Assembly (NCBI RefSeq): GCF_006345805.1
Contig: NC_043004.1
Span: 7,192,001-7,256,000, forward strand
Origin: Octopus sinensis
Taxonomy: Eukaryota
Direction of reading: 5' to 3'
DNA length: 64,000 nt
Shown here: positions 1 to 13,199 of the stretch, piece by piece
Layout: each line of letters begins with the position of its first letter
How positions within the stretch are numbered: the first letter of the stretch is position 1
Notes under the pieces: model-generated
Seen by the model: the letters and a program-made list of their open reading frames with translations, nothing else
The model's database searches: none
What the model was told of the DNA's origin: nothing
Made by a program: the position numbers and the translations under genes

Positions 1-925
1 TAGGTATTTCGTCTGCCGTTACGTTCTGAGTTCAAATTCCGCCGAGGTCGACTTTGCCTTTCATCCTTTCAGGGTCGATAAATTAAGTACCAATTACGCA
101 CTGGGGTCGATGTAATCGACTTTATCCGTTTGTCTGTCCTTGTTTGTCCTCTCTGTGTTTGGCCCCTTGTGGGTAGTAAAGTAATAGGTATTTCGTCTGC
201 CGTTACGTTCTGAGTTCAAATTCCGCCGAGGTCGACTTTGCCTTTCACCCTTTCGGGGTCGATTAAATAAGTACCAGTTACGCACTGGGGTCGATGCAAT
301 CGACTTAATCCGTTTGTCTGTCCTCGTTTGTCCTCTCTGTGTTTAGCCCCTTGTGGGTAGTAAAGAGATAGGTATTTCGTCTGCCGTTACGTTCTGAGTT
401 CAAATTCCGCCGAGGTCGACTTTGCCTTTCATCCTTTCGGGGTCGATAAATTAAATACCAATTACGCACTGGGGTCGATGTAATCGACTTTATCCGTTTG
501 TCTGTCCTTGTTTGTCCTCTCTGTGTTTGGCCCCTTGTGGGTAGTAAAGTAATAGGTATTTCGTCTGCCGTTACGTTCTGAGTTCAAATTCCGCCGAGGT
601 CGACTTTGCCTTTCACCCTTTCGGGGTCGATTAAATAAGTACCAGTTACGCACTGGGATTGTTGCAATCGACTTAATCCGTTTGTCTGTCCTCGTTTGTC
701 CTCTCTGTGTTTAGTCCCTTGTGGGTAGTAAAGAAATAGGTATTTCGTCTGCCGTTACGTTCTGAGTTCAAATTCCGGCGAGGTCGACTTTGCCTTTCAT
801 CCTTTCGGGGTCGATAAATTAAGTACCAATTACGCACTGGGGTCGATGTAATCGACTTAATCCGTTTGTCTGTCCTTGTTTGTCCCCTCTATGTTTAGCC
901 CCTTGTGGGCAATAAAGAAATAAGA
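1..925 (+). repeat. Tandem array of ~184-bp headless SINE-body units (5 units, 368-bp higher-order dimer)
   Basis: TAGGTATTTCGTCTGCCGTTACGTTCTGAGTTCAAATTCC recurs at about 1, 185, 369, 553 and 737. ORFs 94..285 and 462..653 are identical, 368 bp apart. The same body follows a tRNA-like head at 58741 and 63622. Confidence 0.9.
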
Positions 926-1391
926 ATAATATTTTACTGATATAGTTACTAGTACTAACTGTGAGCTGGTAGAATTGTTTGTATGCCAAAATGGCTGCCA
1001 TTTAAGCGATTTCATTTTTCATATGTGATGTAGTGGTGTTGCAAAATTCGACTTGTCCAGATTAGTTTCCATTATGTCCTTTATATTGTATCAACATTTC
1101 ATGCATTTATTTGTAAAGTTAAGGAAATTATTAAAAACTGAAACCAATCAGTGACTCTTGGAACACCCTATACATGCACATTTTACATGCATAATTTCCT
1201 GGCTTTGGGTAAAGAAAATACAGATGGATCAGTTAAGTGATTTTATTCAACATCTTTCTCCTCTCAGATTCACACACGGCAGCGCTCCTTCAGCTTTTTT
1301 TAAACCCTGTAAAAGAACTCGGAAGTTTGGGCCTCTAGTTAGGCCTTCCGCGATACCCTTAATGCCAAGAACTTTTAAGCACACACACACA

Positions 1392-1463
<72 letters not shown>

Positions 1464-1539
1464 TCAAGTAAGTATAAACATGTACATATGAACCTGTACC
1501 GACGTATTACTTTATATATGATAAAATAATATATATTTC

Positions 1540-1715
1540 TTTACTGACCAGAAGGGGCTAAACATAGAGGGGACAAACAAGGACAGACGAAGGGATTGAG
1601 TCGATTATATCGCCCCCAGTGCAAAACTGGTACTTAATTTATCGACCCCGAAAGGATGAAAGGCAAAGTTGACCTCGGCGGAATTTGAACTCAGAACGTA
1701 ACGACAAACGAAATA
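1540..1715 (-). mobile_element. Partial SINE (same family as the 1-925 array)
   Basis: Reverse complement of the array unit (CCTCGGCGGAATTTGAACTCAGAACGTAAC). Confidence 0.85.
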
Positions 1716-2194
1716 AAAATTATAGTTTTACGCGTACATCGACAGTTATTTTCTACTAGGTCCTGGTCTTTAGATCGCTGAAATGCTTTCATTATGTTAT
1801 TTCTATAAGTATTTCCATAGTTTTTGCTCTGATGAACTTCCTCATCTAATATCCCATGTCAAGACCTTTGAACGCGTCACCCCGCTTCTCTTCCCTGTCG
1901 CATCATTTCTCTATTGAGCTTCCTGTTACGACTGAGCCCCTTTTTTCTAATATCTTCTTTCCTCGAGCTGCTGTTCTCAGTTACTCACTACCGTCGTCTT
2001 GTTTTCTTCTAGTCTTTGATATTCAGTTGTTTAAGTTGTTTTTTAATCGACATCTTTAGAATTTGTAGGTCCCAACTTTTCTTTTTTGTTATCGCTTACA
2101 CCACCCCAAGCCTTGTTTGGGATAAAATTGTGTAAAAATAAAAAAAAATGTATATCTTCTGAAAAACAGATAAGTAGTGGTATAAGGAAAGTGG

Positions 2195-2485
2195 TGGAGG
2201 CGCAATGGCCCAGTGGTTAGGGCAGCGGACTCGCGGTTTCGATTCCCAGACCGGGCGTTGTGTGTGTTTATTGAGCGAAAACACATAAAGCTCCACGAGG
2301 CTGTAGCAGGGGGTGGTGGCGACCCCTGTTATACTCTGCCGCCCCAACTTTCTCTCACTCTTTCTTCCTGTTTCTTGAGTAACGCTGTGATGGACTGGCG
2401 TCCTGTCCAGCTGGGGGAAACACATACGCCATAGAAACCGGGTTACCTGGCCCATGAGCCTGGCTAGGCTTGAAAAGGGCGCATA
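2195..2485 (+). mobile_element. tRNA-derived SINE, family B
   Basis: A box TGGCCCAGTGGTTAG and B box TTCGATTCCC; body similar to 56169-56466 and, reversed, 6057-6346. Confidence 0.8.
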
Positions 2486-2809
2486 AATAGAAAAAAACAT
2501 ACGGAAAGTGACCCTAGTACGTACTACAGTATTAACAACAAAGCAGAGCAATTAGTCCCGCTCATTAAAATAGATGTGAAAATTACCATTAGCATAATTT
2601 AGTTAATCTTAAATGCTGTCTAAAAGGGAATTAGAGTTAGCAATTAATGATAAAATTATGCTATCTACCCACCTTCCTTTTTGAAAGAACAGTTCGCCAC
2701 TGGAAGAATGGTTTGACATTTTACACGACGAACGTGACGGTAAATTCACACAATTTGGTGTAATTGAGTTTTATCCTTCTTTCAATGTAACACTTTTAAT
2801 AAAAAAAAC

Positions 2810-3520
2810 TATGAAATTTGGATGTAGATACGCTACCGTTACAGATCTAGGCATAGATGACAATATGCATGGCAGAAAATTCCATCTCGCTTTCGAAGAT
2901 TCTTTTTGGATAAAGGATTTTCGGCGTCCCTTTGGACTGCTTTGTTGGGGTTGAAAATTGCAAACTTGTAGGGTTATTATTTTGACAATCTGCCATCTGA
3001 ATTTAATTTCATAGAATTAAGAGTATTAAGGGTTACAATGGTGTAACAACCTGCAATATGAATGGTTATCAATTAAAAACTTAAGACGAAGTTAATTTAT
3101 ACTTTTAGAAGTTTTGACCTTAAAAGGTGCAGCAGTTATCAATAATAGTTGTTAACCTCCTTAGATATTACTCTTAATCACACTTTAGACATTTATATTC
3201 ATTACTGGAAACCAAATGAGGTTATACGCGTTACATTCACAATGACTCGTATCATTACCCTACTATTTAAAAAAAAGTTGTACAGAAACATGAGTCCAAG
3301 AATTTCCAGAACATTTTTTAATGAAGAGGCGTTTAACTGTACTGTAGTATTATTTTATAACGAGGCTCTACGCTGTAGCATCTTTGCCGACAAGATCAAC
3401 CATTTCCCTCCACAGAAATCCGTTAATGCTGGAAGTACCAAGAAAAGAAAAATTATATGGTACAACACTACTTCCAGCTTGACCGACATATCTAATATTG
3501 CCGGATATTTTCTAGTGTAG
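2810..3520 (+). pseudogene. Degenerate Penelope-like (Neptune-type) reverse transcriptase relic
   Basis: Translated fragments LLDITLNHTLDIYIHYWKPNEVIR, YIHNDSYH and KRKIIWYN match the PLE RT C-terminal pattern FLDVTFNL..YxPYRKPN..YI..SNHP..RKIIWFN; many frameshifts. Confidence 0.7.
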
Positions 3521-3560
3521 TCATAATGCATACACATACACATTCATGCATACATACATA

Positions 3561-3663
<103 letters not shown>

Positions 3664-4309
3664 GTTAGAGTTCTTTGTTTTCTCCTCTTTATACTTTAAG
3701 CATTAGACATGAACTATTCTTTCATATTCACTTTGATCACTGTTACTGATTTATATTAGTACAGGTGCATATGTTTCTATGTATGTCCGCTGTGTGCACA
3801 GATGTTCCATAAGTTACTAATTCTCCGCTTGAAGCATTGTATTAACAACCCACCCTGATATAATTACAGCAACACGTAGCTATATCGATAAGTATGAGAA
3901 AAAAGATTGTTTAGCTGGTTTTTGTCTGTTCAATACACTAACATGTTGAGAACAGATGTCAAGAATGATTTAAAAGGTTGAAAGTTGTTTGTTGGGAGTA
4001 TGATTTTCAGAGTTTAGTCAATAAAAAGATAGAAGTAATTTAGTTGGAATCATTTGTATAAACGTTGCCGAGGTTGACTCTGTCTTTCATTCTTCCGAGA
4101 TCCAGTTGAGCGCGTCCCCTCAAGATTGCTGCCTTTTTGCCATATTTAGAAAGAATTTAGAATCATTAAATCTATACTACCACACCCATCTCAAGAATCT
4201 GAGAAAAGCTATTTGGCACGACTCAAAATAGTAAGAATTTATTTCAATCCTATTTTCATTGCCTTTATGTTTTTATAAGGTTTATTACTTTATTTTTAAT
4301 ATACATATA

Positions 4310-4370
<61 letters not shown>

Positions 4371-5049
4371 CACACACACACACACACGCACACACACACA
4401 CGCACGCACACAATAACTTATAAGCTTACAAAGTTTATAAGTTAAGTTAGAATGTTTTGAAATTATCTCAAATATCTGAAGGGTTAAATTTCTTGACAAA
4501 TATTGTTGGGAGTGTTTTGGGAATTCTTTGCTCATTTGGAAAGAATTATTTAACCTATACTACAACAACCGTCCTAGGAATCTGAGAAAAGCTATTTGGC
4601 GTGACTGAAAATGGTGAGAATTATTTCAATCCTGTTTTCCTTCTCTTTATGAGGGAGAGAGAGAGAGATAGAGATAGAGAGAGAGAGAGAGAGAGAGGCA
4701 TTGGTCTTTTGTAGAAATATGATATATTTTCATATTTGCTTGCGATACTTTCATTTGATTTTCTTTACCCCTCCCTTTTATTTACTTTTCTTGGAATACA
4801 AAAATACAAAGAGAAAAAAAAAATCTTTCTGTACATGGCTTTTCTTCTATGAAGAAATTTCGATTAAACTGAATGTTATTTCTTTCTTCTATTCAAGAAA
4901 ATCATAATCTTTTATTGTTCTGATGTTCGCATCACAAGAGATATGTTGGGTAATTTGGTTTTAATTAACAATGATCTGATTAATTATTCATTAGTATGTG
5001 GTGTAATGTCTGCACAGCAGACCCTACGTTTTCAATACATATATACCCT

Positions 5050-5435
5050 TTTACTCTCTTTTACTTGTTTCGGTCATTTGACTGTGGCCATGCTGGAGTA
5101 CCGCCTTTAGTCGAGCAAATCGACCCCAGGACTTATTCTTTGTAAGCCTAATACTTATTTTATCGGTCTCTTTTGCAGAACCGCTAAGTTACGGGGACGT
5201 AAACGCACCAGCATCGGTTGTCAAGCGATGTTGGGGGGACAAACACAGACACGCACACACACACATATACGACGGGCTTCTTTCAGTTTCCGTCTACCAA
5301 ATCCACTCACAAGGCTTTGGTAGGCCCGAGGCTATAGTAGGAGACACTTGCCCAAGGTGCAACGCAGTGGGACTGATCCCGGAACCATGAAGTTGGTAAG
5401 CAAGCTACTTACCACACAGCCACTCCTACGCCTAT
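5050..5435 (-). mobile_element. Full-length tRNA-derived SINE, family C, with internal CA/TA microsatellite
   Basis: Minus-strand head AGGAGTGGCTGTGTGGTAAG...TCAGTCCCACTGCG; near-identical copy at 48541-48950. Confidence 0.85.
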
Positions 5436-5499
5436 AATATGGATAAAAATATAATCACTTGAAAGATAAAATAATCAAGAAGAAAGTCGCTAGTTTGTA

Positions 5500-7700
5500 A
5501 GAAGAAATTGAAAATGTAATGGATTTTAGTGAAAATAAAAAGAGGAAGATATTGACAATTCGAAAATCCAAACATGAACGAAAATAGTAGTTTTATGAAC
5601 ACAGGTAGAAAATAGTTCTACCTGTGTTCATAAAACAGTTGTGGAATAATCATGACATTGTTTTACGAAAACATGAGTGCAGCAATGTTGCCAGCAAAGT
5701 TCAAATTAAAAGATTATGCCCTTTTTTTTTATATGCTCTCAAAAGGAGAAAAGTGTTAGAACATGATGCTCATGGAAGTAAATAGGGATTAAAAAATTAT
5801 GTAGGTGAACTATTATGCATACACGATGATGCACCAGACCAACAATTTTAAAATGCTTCGTTGAGGAGAAAAGTTATCCCAAAAGTACATGGTCAAAAGC
5901 TATTGAAAAGCGAAGGACAAATTCAGTGTATTCAAAAGAATCAGCGGGAATTAAGAGCAGAATATTTTCAGGGCTTGGGGGACTAAATGCTAAGGACAGG
6001 GAAGACTTGATTACCAGAGAGTTCAATTTGAAGCTGAGAAGATACTAAAAGAAATATTTGTTCCTTCTCGAGCCACGCCCGGCTCATTGGGGCCGGTTTC
6101 CCGGTTTCTTTGGCGTATAGGTTCCTCACCTGGATGGGACATCTGTCGCAGGTGAGCTGCAAGACGAATGAGTGAAAGCAAGTTGTAGCGAAAGAGTCAG
6201 CAGAAGTTCGTCATTACTTTCTGCCGGAGCCGCGTGGAGCTTAGGTATTTCGCTCATAAACACACACATCGCCCGGTTTGAGATTCGAACCCGCGATCCC
6301 TCGACCGCGAGTCCGCAGCTCTAAGCACTAGGCCATGTACCTCCACACTAAAAGAAATGATGAAAGAAAATATACTCAGAAAAGTGAAAGGTTTTGTTTA
6401 TTTCTCTGAATTGCAACATAGGGGTCTTCCACATGCACATATGCTGTAATCTTGGAGCAATAAAATAAACCGTATACTGCAAACGATATGAATATGTTTT
6501 GTTTCTGCAGAGCTTAGAATGATCCAGAACTATTGGAAATCTTTTTTGAAGTTTAATTTAACCCTCTCCCATGTAACACTCCCTGACTCAAGACGATGCT
6601 TATTAAGTGATAAAGTATCCAAGAGAGGTACCTGAGAGAATCGATGGCCATTCACCAAACCAAGCACTCAATAGGTGAAGAGTATTTTTTACGCATAATA
6701 ACTGATGGTTAATTATATATATTTATGCATCCATAAAATGCATCTACAGTTACATATTAAAATTATCGTCAAGTTACAGAATACAGGAGGAATGGAACAA
6801 GAAGATAGTTGACTGAGCTGCTATTGTGAAAATAGTTATGACCAATTCTTCATTTCAAAAAATTGACGAAACTGAAACACGAGTGTGCGACCACAGAATC
6901 AAGAGGACTACAATTTGGCTGATTTTCTACTTAGTGTATTTTCTTTATAACAAAGTCTAGAGAAAGTGACAGTACTCATGGTGTTCATAAGTCCTCTAAG
7001 ACCTGTGAGATTGATGTTAACATTTATACTTAGACTGTGACAAGTCGATGGCTGCATGGAAAAACTTGTGAAGGGAGGAACCTTTATGGTAAGATTGAAC
7101 TTCCAAATGGTGCTAAGGTTATAACGATTGAACACGAAATGATAAATCAAATTCTTGTTTTTGTATCCCGTTAAATACTGCAAACTTTTCAATCGTATCT
7201 ATACTGTTGTTGATTCAGTAAATGAGGACATTATGAGGCGCCGCTGATTCATACTATGAAGACAGTGTTTTTAATGACCCAAATGGAGTTCATAAACAGC
7301 AGTGAAATTAGTGGCAGGCTCTCATATATTCTGACCTTGAAGAAGAGATGTGTTGCAAAGTTACTGCGAAATTGAAATAAGGTTAATTGGTTTTAAACAA
7401 TGATTGAAGGCGACATTGTTATAGTTGGCAAAACATTATGGAAAACATGTCATTGTGCCAAGAATTAACCTGAGATTTTCTGACACTATTCTACCATTTA
7501 ACCTTCCACGATTATTGCGTCTTCCAGTTCGAGTGACAGTAAATAAATCTCAATGTCTATCACTGCATAAAATAGGTTCGTTCTCCCGGCCCCCACCCTG
7601 CAACTGTTCTATTTGCACGTTGACGATTGTATGTTGTCTTGTCAAGAACCACAACGGATCATACAAGTATGGTTACAATGTCGAAAAAATAAAATGATAC
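5500..7700 (+). pseudogene. Decayed Helitron Rep/PIF1-helicase (RepHel) coding relic
   Basis: YYAYTMM and NQRELRAEY (Helitron N region, ~5810-5970); HUH motif ELQHRGLPHAHML at 6408-6446; PIF1-like motifs EFINS..LTLKK..LLRN (~7283-7375) and VIVPRINL..LPF..LPVRVTVNKSQ (ORF 7425..7697). Confidence 0.8.
6057..6346 (-). mobile_element. SINE family B inserted in the Helitron relic
   Basis: tRNA-like head on the minus strand; target site duplication ACTAAAAGAAAT on both sides. Confidence 0.85.
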
Positions 7701-8430
7701 TGGTGGCGGTGGTGTTGATGCTAAACCGGTAGGTGTGATAGTGGGGTTCGGGAGCCTAGAGGAAACCGGAATGGATTGGGGTAGTGGGGAAGAGCTACAT
7801 AAGTTACATAGGTTGCAAGGGCGCTTAAAGGGAAGAAGTTAGTTAGGAAAGATGTGGGAAGTAACGGTGGAAGAGGAGTAGAATGTTTCTCTCCGGTAGG
7901 GGTAAGATTGAGGCGTGATATATGAAGGAAACGAAGAGGTGGTTGGTGGTGGGTCAGTTGCGGATATGAGGACTGAACGCAGACTTCATGGGCAAGGGTG
8001 AAGGCGGCTTTAGACTACATTGACTGAAGAACTGAACCATATGTTGAGACTGGATCTCAACGTCATGGTGACGACTGCAGAAAAGGCGGAGACGGAGGAA
8101 CTTGGGTCAAAGAATGACATGGAGAGTAAGGGTTGGGTGGTAGGAGAAGAAGTCAAATTAAGGAGGTGAGGCGGTGGATTTATAAAAAACGAAGGTAGCG
8201 AGGTTGAGGCTTGACTGTTCAATGGTGATAGATAAGTCAAGAAAATTGAAGGTGGAGTCAGAGATGAAAGTAGTGAATTAGAGGGCGGGAAGGAAATGGT
8301 CGAAAAAAATGAAGGAGTGGAGTCGTTTGCATGAAAGAGAAGGGTCTTCGATGCAGTCGTCAATGTGGCGACCACATAATTTTAGTTTGGGGTCGGTCGT
8401 CTGTGAAAATATTTTTGGGCCTTGACAGAC
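7700..8430 (-). pseudogene. Degenerate Penelope-like RT relic related to the 13620-15990 element
   Basis: Minus strand near 8350-8385 reads KLCGRHIDDCI (compare ELYGRYIDDII in ORF 15412..15801); same purine-rich + strand composition. Confidence 0.6.
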
Positions 8431-8862
8431 CCAGCCAAGTTGCAAAACTTACTACTCGTCAAAACGCGACACTAAAAACCCATGCGTGCGCATTCAGCAT
8501 TCACGCACATTTAGAACACAAGGAAACATGTGCGCTTGTACATACACTCACGCACACATACATACACACACGCAGGCATACATACGAATACACAACTAAA
8601 TCATTGACGTATTCTGTTATGTCTTGCCGAGCTAGTGGAGTCGTTAGTGCATCGGGAAATGTGCTTAGAGGTATTTTTCCGATATTAGTTCTAAGCTCAA
8701 ATTCTTCTGCAGTCAACTTTGTCTCTCATTCTTTTACGGCCGATAAAATAAGTATCCATTGAGCATTTGGGGTGATGTAATTGACTAAACCCCTACCACT
8801 AAAATTGGTGGCCTTGTGTCAAAGTTTGAAACTATTTTCGTATGATTACTTACACAATATAC

Positions 8863-8947
<85 letters not shown>

Positions 8948-8989
8948 AACACATACATACGCATATATATATATATATATATACATATA

Positions 8990-9200
8990 CTCTTTTACTT
9001 GTTTCAGTCATTTTACTGCGCCCATGCTGGAGCACCGCCTTTAGTCGAACAAATCGACCCCAGGACTTATTCTTTGTAAGATTAGTTCTTATTCTACCAT
9101 TCTGCCGGTCTCTTTTGCTGAACCGCTAAGTTACGGGGATGTAAACACACCAGCATCGGTGTCAAGCATGGTGGGGAGGGACAAACACAAACACACAAAT
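8990..9200 (-). mobile_element. 3' half of a family C SINE, ending in its internal microsatellite
   Basis: Matches 5050-5255; the other half does not follow directly. Confidence 0.8.
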
Positions 9201-9238
9201 AATACATACATACATACACACATACATACACACATACA

Positions 9239-9274
<36 letters not shown>

Positions 9275-9296
9275 TATATAGATATATATATATAAT

Positions 9297-9350
<54 letters not shown>

Positions 9351-12300
9351 CAGTGGCGTGCGGTGACTTCCGGCGTTGGGCATGCAATTAATTTCATTGC
9401 CCCCCCCCCCCCCACCGGCAATTTTTCAGTAAAACATTTTCGTATTCCTACGATTTACATATAAGAGATTCTGAATATGCAGAATAAACAGGGAATAAAA
9501 AATGGCTGTGCAGAGATGATCCTGAAATAAGTGTATTGTTTGTATTATTCTTTGCTCTTCGAAACGTCAGTACTTTCCCATCCTCATTCTCCCTTAGAAA
9601 AGTCTAAAAATCATAAGTGAAATGTAATAAAGATGAAATTGGATTCTGTCAATATTTTTGCATATTCAGAATCTCTGTTAAAGGTAGGAATCCGAAAAAA
9701 AATTTTCACATAAATTCGTTTTTCAAAGGGGTGCGATTCTGCATTAGCCCCTATACCTATCGGTTGAGCTGAATGAAATGATTTAATTAAAAGAACACAT
9801 TTAGTTACATTATATGGCCATAGTTTTAGATCGTTACGCTCTCGAAGACAAGTCAGGTGCTTTATCATGCTACTTGTAAATTCCGGGAAAATTATTGACT
9901 GTTCTGAGACTTACTGAACTCCGTACATTAAAGGACTACGTCTCACGCACACACATTGAAAATATACGCATATACATGAATACGCACACAATGAAAGACA
10001 GCGAAAATTCAACATTGTAAAAAGCCTCCCAAAACTGTTGTGGCAGAAGTCAACATCTCTGAGATTGAAACAAGACACTTATTGAAAGTGAAACAAAACA
10101 CTTATTTACGGCCGTAAATAGACTACACCCAGCAGCACAGAATGGGAAATCTATGTAGGTTAGGTTTCACGAAGAAATCAAAACATTTCTCCTGCGAAAC
10201 AATACTGATGTAAGAAGGTCGAATCTTACGTTATAACAAACACTAAGCAAAACCTGTAATATATGCTCTTTAATATATTATTTTTTTTTATGTTTTAAAA
10301 TGTTACTTAGCTCATTTATAAATTAATTCAATTCTTCGATCTTTCTGGGCAAATATATCTATCACATTTTCATAGAAATCTTCTCTTTTCATCAATTCTT
10401 GTAATAAATCTTTTTCAATTGACATTAATGCTAATCCAGACAATCTTCTTTCTCCTGTCGCATTTCTTTGGTATGTTTTAATTCTACTTAATGCAGAAAA
10501 GGATCGCTCTACAGAAGCAGTGGTAGACGGAATTGTCAAAATCAACTTGCACAGATTGAAGAGTTCTGGCATAGCTTCAACAAGATCAGTGCTGTTAATG
10601 TAACTCATTAAATGACTTACACTTGGTTTTTTAAAATCTTTCATCGAATACATCACATTGAGCTCACTTTGTAATCGTATTACATCAAAAAATCTGCCAT
10701 AAGTTGTTCTTAAAGAATCTAAAGAGTCCACAGGAAATTGTTTGCAATACTCATCAACTTTGTTGAAATTCAAAAGTTCCATGAATTTAAACTCTTCTAA
10801 GGATGAATATCGTGCTTTTATTTGGTCAACTATTGTACTTATAATTTTGTTATAAAGCGTTCTATAATGTCGTTGGGGATCAATAGATATATTCTTGGAT
10901 CTCTGAATTCCGATTCCTGCATCGACTCCATATTTTTCCCCTAACCTATCATAAAAGACTGAAAAATTATCAAGTTTGTTTTCGAGTACAGTTCTAGTTT
11001 TATCTATTTGCTGTTTACAATACACTATGTCATGACTTTTACTCTGGAGTATGTTAAATAAGACGTCAGTAAAAGAAAAAAATGTCACTGAATACGTCTA
11101 ACAAAAATAAGAAATCAGGAGCTTTTAAAGTGTGTAAGAATCCAATTGCTGAATTTATGGTGGTATCATCCCATGCTTCAGGATTTTCAATGATATGTTC
11201 AAAAAGGTTGATTATGAAATTATAATTTTCCTTTGTGGTAATAATAAGACGTGAGGAGTAGTTCCATCTAGTTGCTGTTGCTTTCGGAAATCTTTTTTTA
11301 ACCATGTTATCTAATGCATTAGCCCTTTTCGGTGATTTCGTAAAAAATGTACCGAGTCCGTTTATTGTAGAAAAAAATATCTTGCATTCTTTCATAGCAG
11401 AGCATGATTGTGAAAGAACTAAATTTAGGATATGGGCACAACAATGAATAAAGATCGCACATTCATATTTCTTTCTTACTTTTGCCTGTAACCCATTTAG
11501 TTGTCCTGCCATTGTAGCGGCACCATTATATGTCTGCGTAATCAATTTGTTTCTACATTCCCACGTCTCAATGCATTTAAAAACATGTTCAGATAAAGCA
11601 TTTGCAGATCGATCTGCACTAACATCACTAAAACCGATAGATCGTTCTTTCGTCATACAGTCTTCTGTAATATAACGTAAAACTGTTGACAGTTGTGAAG
11701 ATGCTGAGACATCAGATGTCTCATCAACAAGAATAGAAACGAACTTAGCTTGGTCAATTTCCTTCTGCATCTCATTCAACATAACTTTATGAATTGCTTC
11801 GATCAAGTCATTTTGAATTCTGTTCGACAGACCAGTGAAGATAGAAGCTGTATCTAAATGACTTTCCATTTTTTTGTCATATTTACTGATCAAATAAACG
11901 AGTTCTTTATAATTTCCCCGATTATTAGAGCCTTCAGATTCAAAATGACCCCGAAACGATAATTCCTGGAGGCCTAAAAAAACAACAACATCGATCAATC
12001 GTTGCAGAATGGATCTGTTTCGTCGAACTTTCTCATTATGCTGTTGTATGCTTTGATTTTTACGTGCATCTAATTGTAAGTCTATGCGAACATTCCCGAA
12101 TATTTTAAGGTCTATCAAACATTTTATATGCCTTTAAGAACGCTCGTGCTTTAGCATATCCATATGTAAATTATTTAAATCATCATAGCCTTTATCATTC
12201 CAAACATTTTTTTCTAAGCCAAAAAGTAAACACGGCCAACAGAATAATTTATTAAGAGCAACACTTCCAGTTAACCATTTCTTCTTTTCATACGAATTAA

Positions 12301-13167
12301 CCTGAAATTGTCTCGTGAATTTCTTGTTGTAGCTTCGCAAATTAGGTAAATTCGGTGTTGGTCTCCCACGATTTATAATTAATTTTTTCCCATCGAAGTC
12401 CCTTTTAGAAAAACTAGTTCTCAAAATATCGTTTATAACACACATTTCACTCATTTTGAAAAAGGCTGCTCTTATTTAAGGACCCACGTGGAAGCGCCGG
12501 CGTAAATTTTAAGTCAATTTCAACAAAACGGAAAAAATACCCTTTGTTAAATTAATTTAAGATTAATTAGCTATTTCTGAAATAAGAAATATAATATAGA
12601 TATTTTTGTTTTCAAAACTTTCCAAAAATATGATAGTGCAAACGGATGTTTTGGATAAAAGATTTCAAACTTACATGCGAAGGCTATTCCAACATTTCAG
12701 CTGGCTAACTCAAGAATTATGGAACGGCTCTTGTTCCGGTCAAAATAGCCAGAGAGGCGTGATATGCGGTCTTAGCACAGCATGACACGCCAAACTGAAT
12801 TTGTCGAATCACTGAGAGAGAAGGGGGTGACCATTCCTCCTAGCATATCTTTTAAACAAGTCACTAAGAGAGAGAGGAAGAAGGGACAAACTATCAAAGA
12901 CAGAGAGAAGGGGTCTCATGCGGTCTTCCCAACGCATGACAAGCGATAAATTTATCGAGTCACTAAAAGAGAGAGAGAGAGAGAGAGGAAGGAAGGACAA
13001 ACTAATACAGACAGAGAGGGAGTGTGTATCATGCGATCTTCTAAAAGCATTTATCAAAGCAGATGTACGAAGGGGAGACAATATTTCTAAAACAACTGGA
13101 CGTATTTTCTTTGAAACAAAGAAGGCATGCAGCGCATACCTTGCATTGCTGAGAGTGCACGCCCCTG
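9351..13167 (-). mobile_element. hAT DNA transposon (ZMYM1/DUF4371-type transposase), nearly intact
   Basis: TIRs CAGTGGCGTGC / GCACGCCCCTG, embedded in (TA)n so the 8-bp TSD is ATATATAT; internal transposase ORFs. Confidence 0.9.
10312..12454 (-). pseudogene. hAT transposase (TTF-type Zn finger, DUF4371 region, DDE core, C-terminal dimerisation domain); one in-frame stop and one frameshift
   Basis: WLTGS..LFCWPCLLF; LSFRGH..GNY; ILVDETSD; IHCCAHILNL; TRW; PSTTASVERSFSALSRIKT. ORFs 12134..12454 and 11066..12118 are in frame across a TAA; frameshift in the A-run near 11075. Confidence 0.9.

Positions 13168-13199
<32 letters not shown>

Noticed and set aside
1-925. CRISPR-like regular repeat
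   Set aside because: Units are fully repeated with no unique spacers, match a SINE body, and there are no cas genes; the DNA is eukaryotic.
1158-1529. ORFs rich in HT, YI, CV, MYVC or LS repeats, here and at 8842, 23933, 44047-46241, 50274-50791 and 52160-52811
   Set aside because: Stop-free read-through of (CA)n, (TA)n, (CATA)n and (GA)n microsatellites; not genes.
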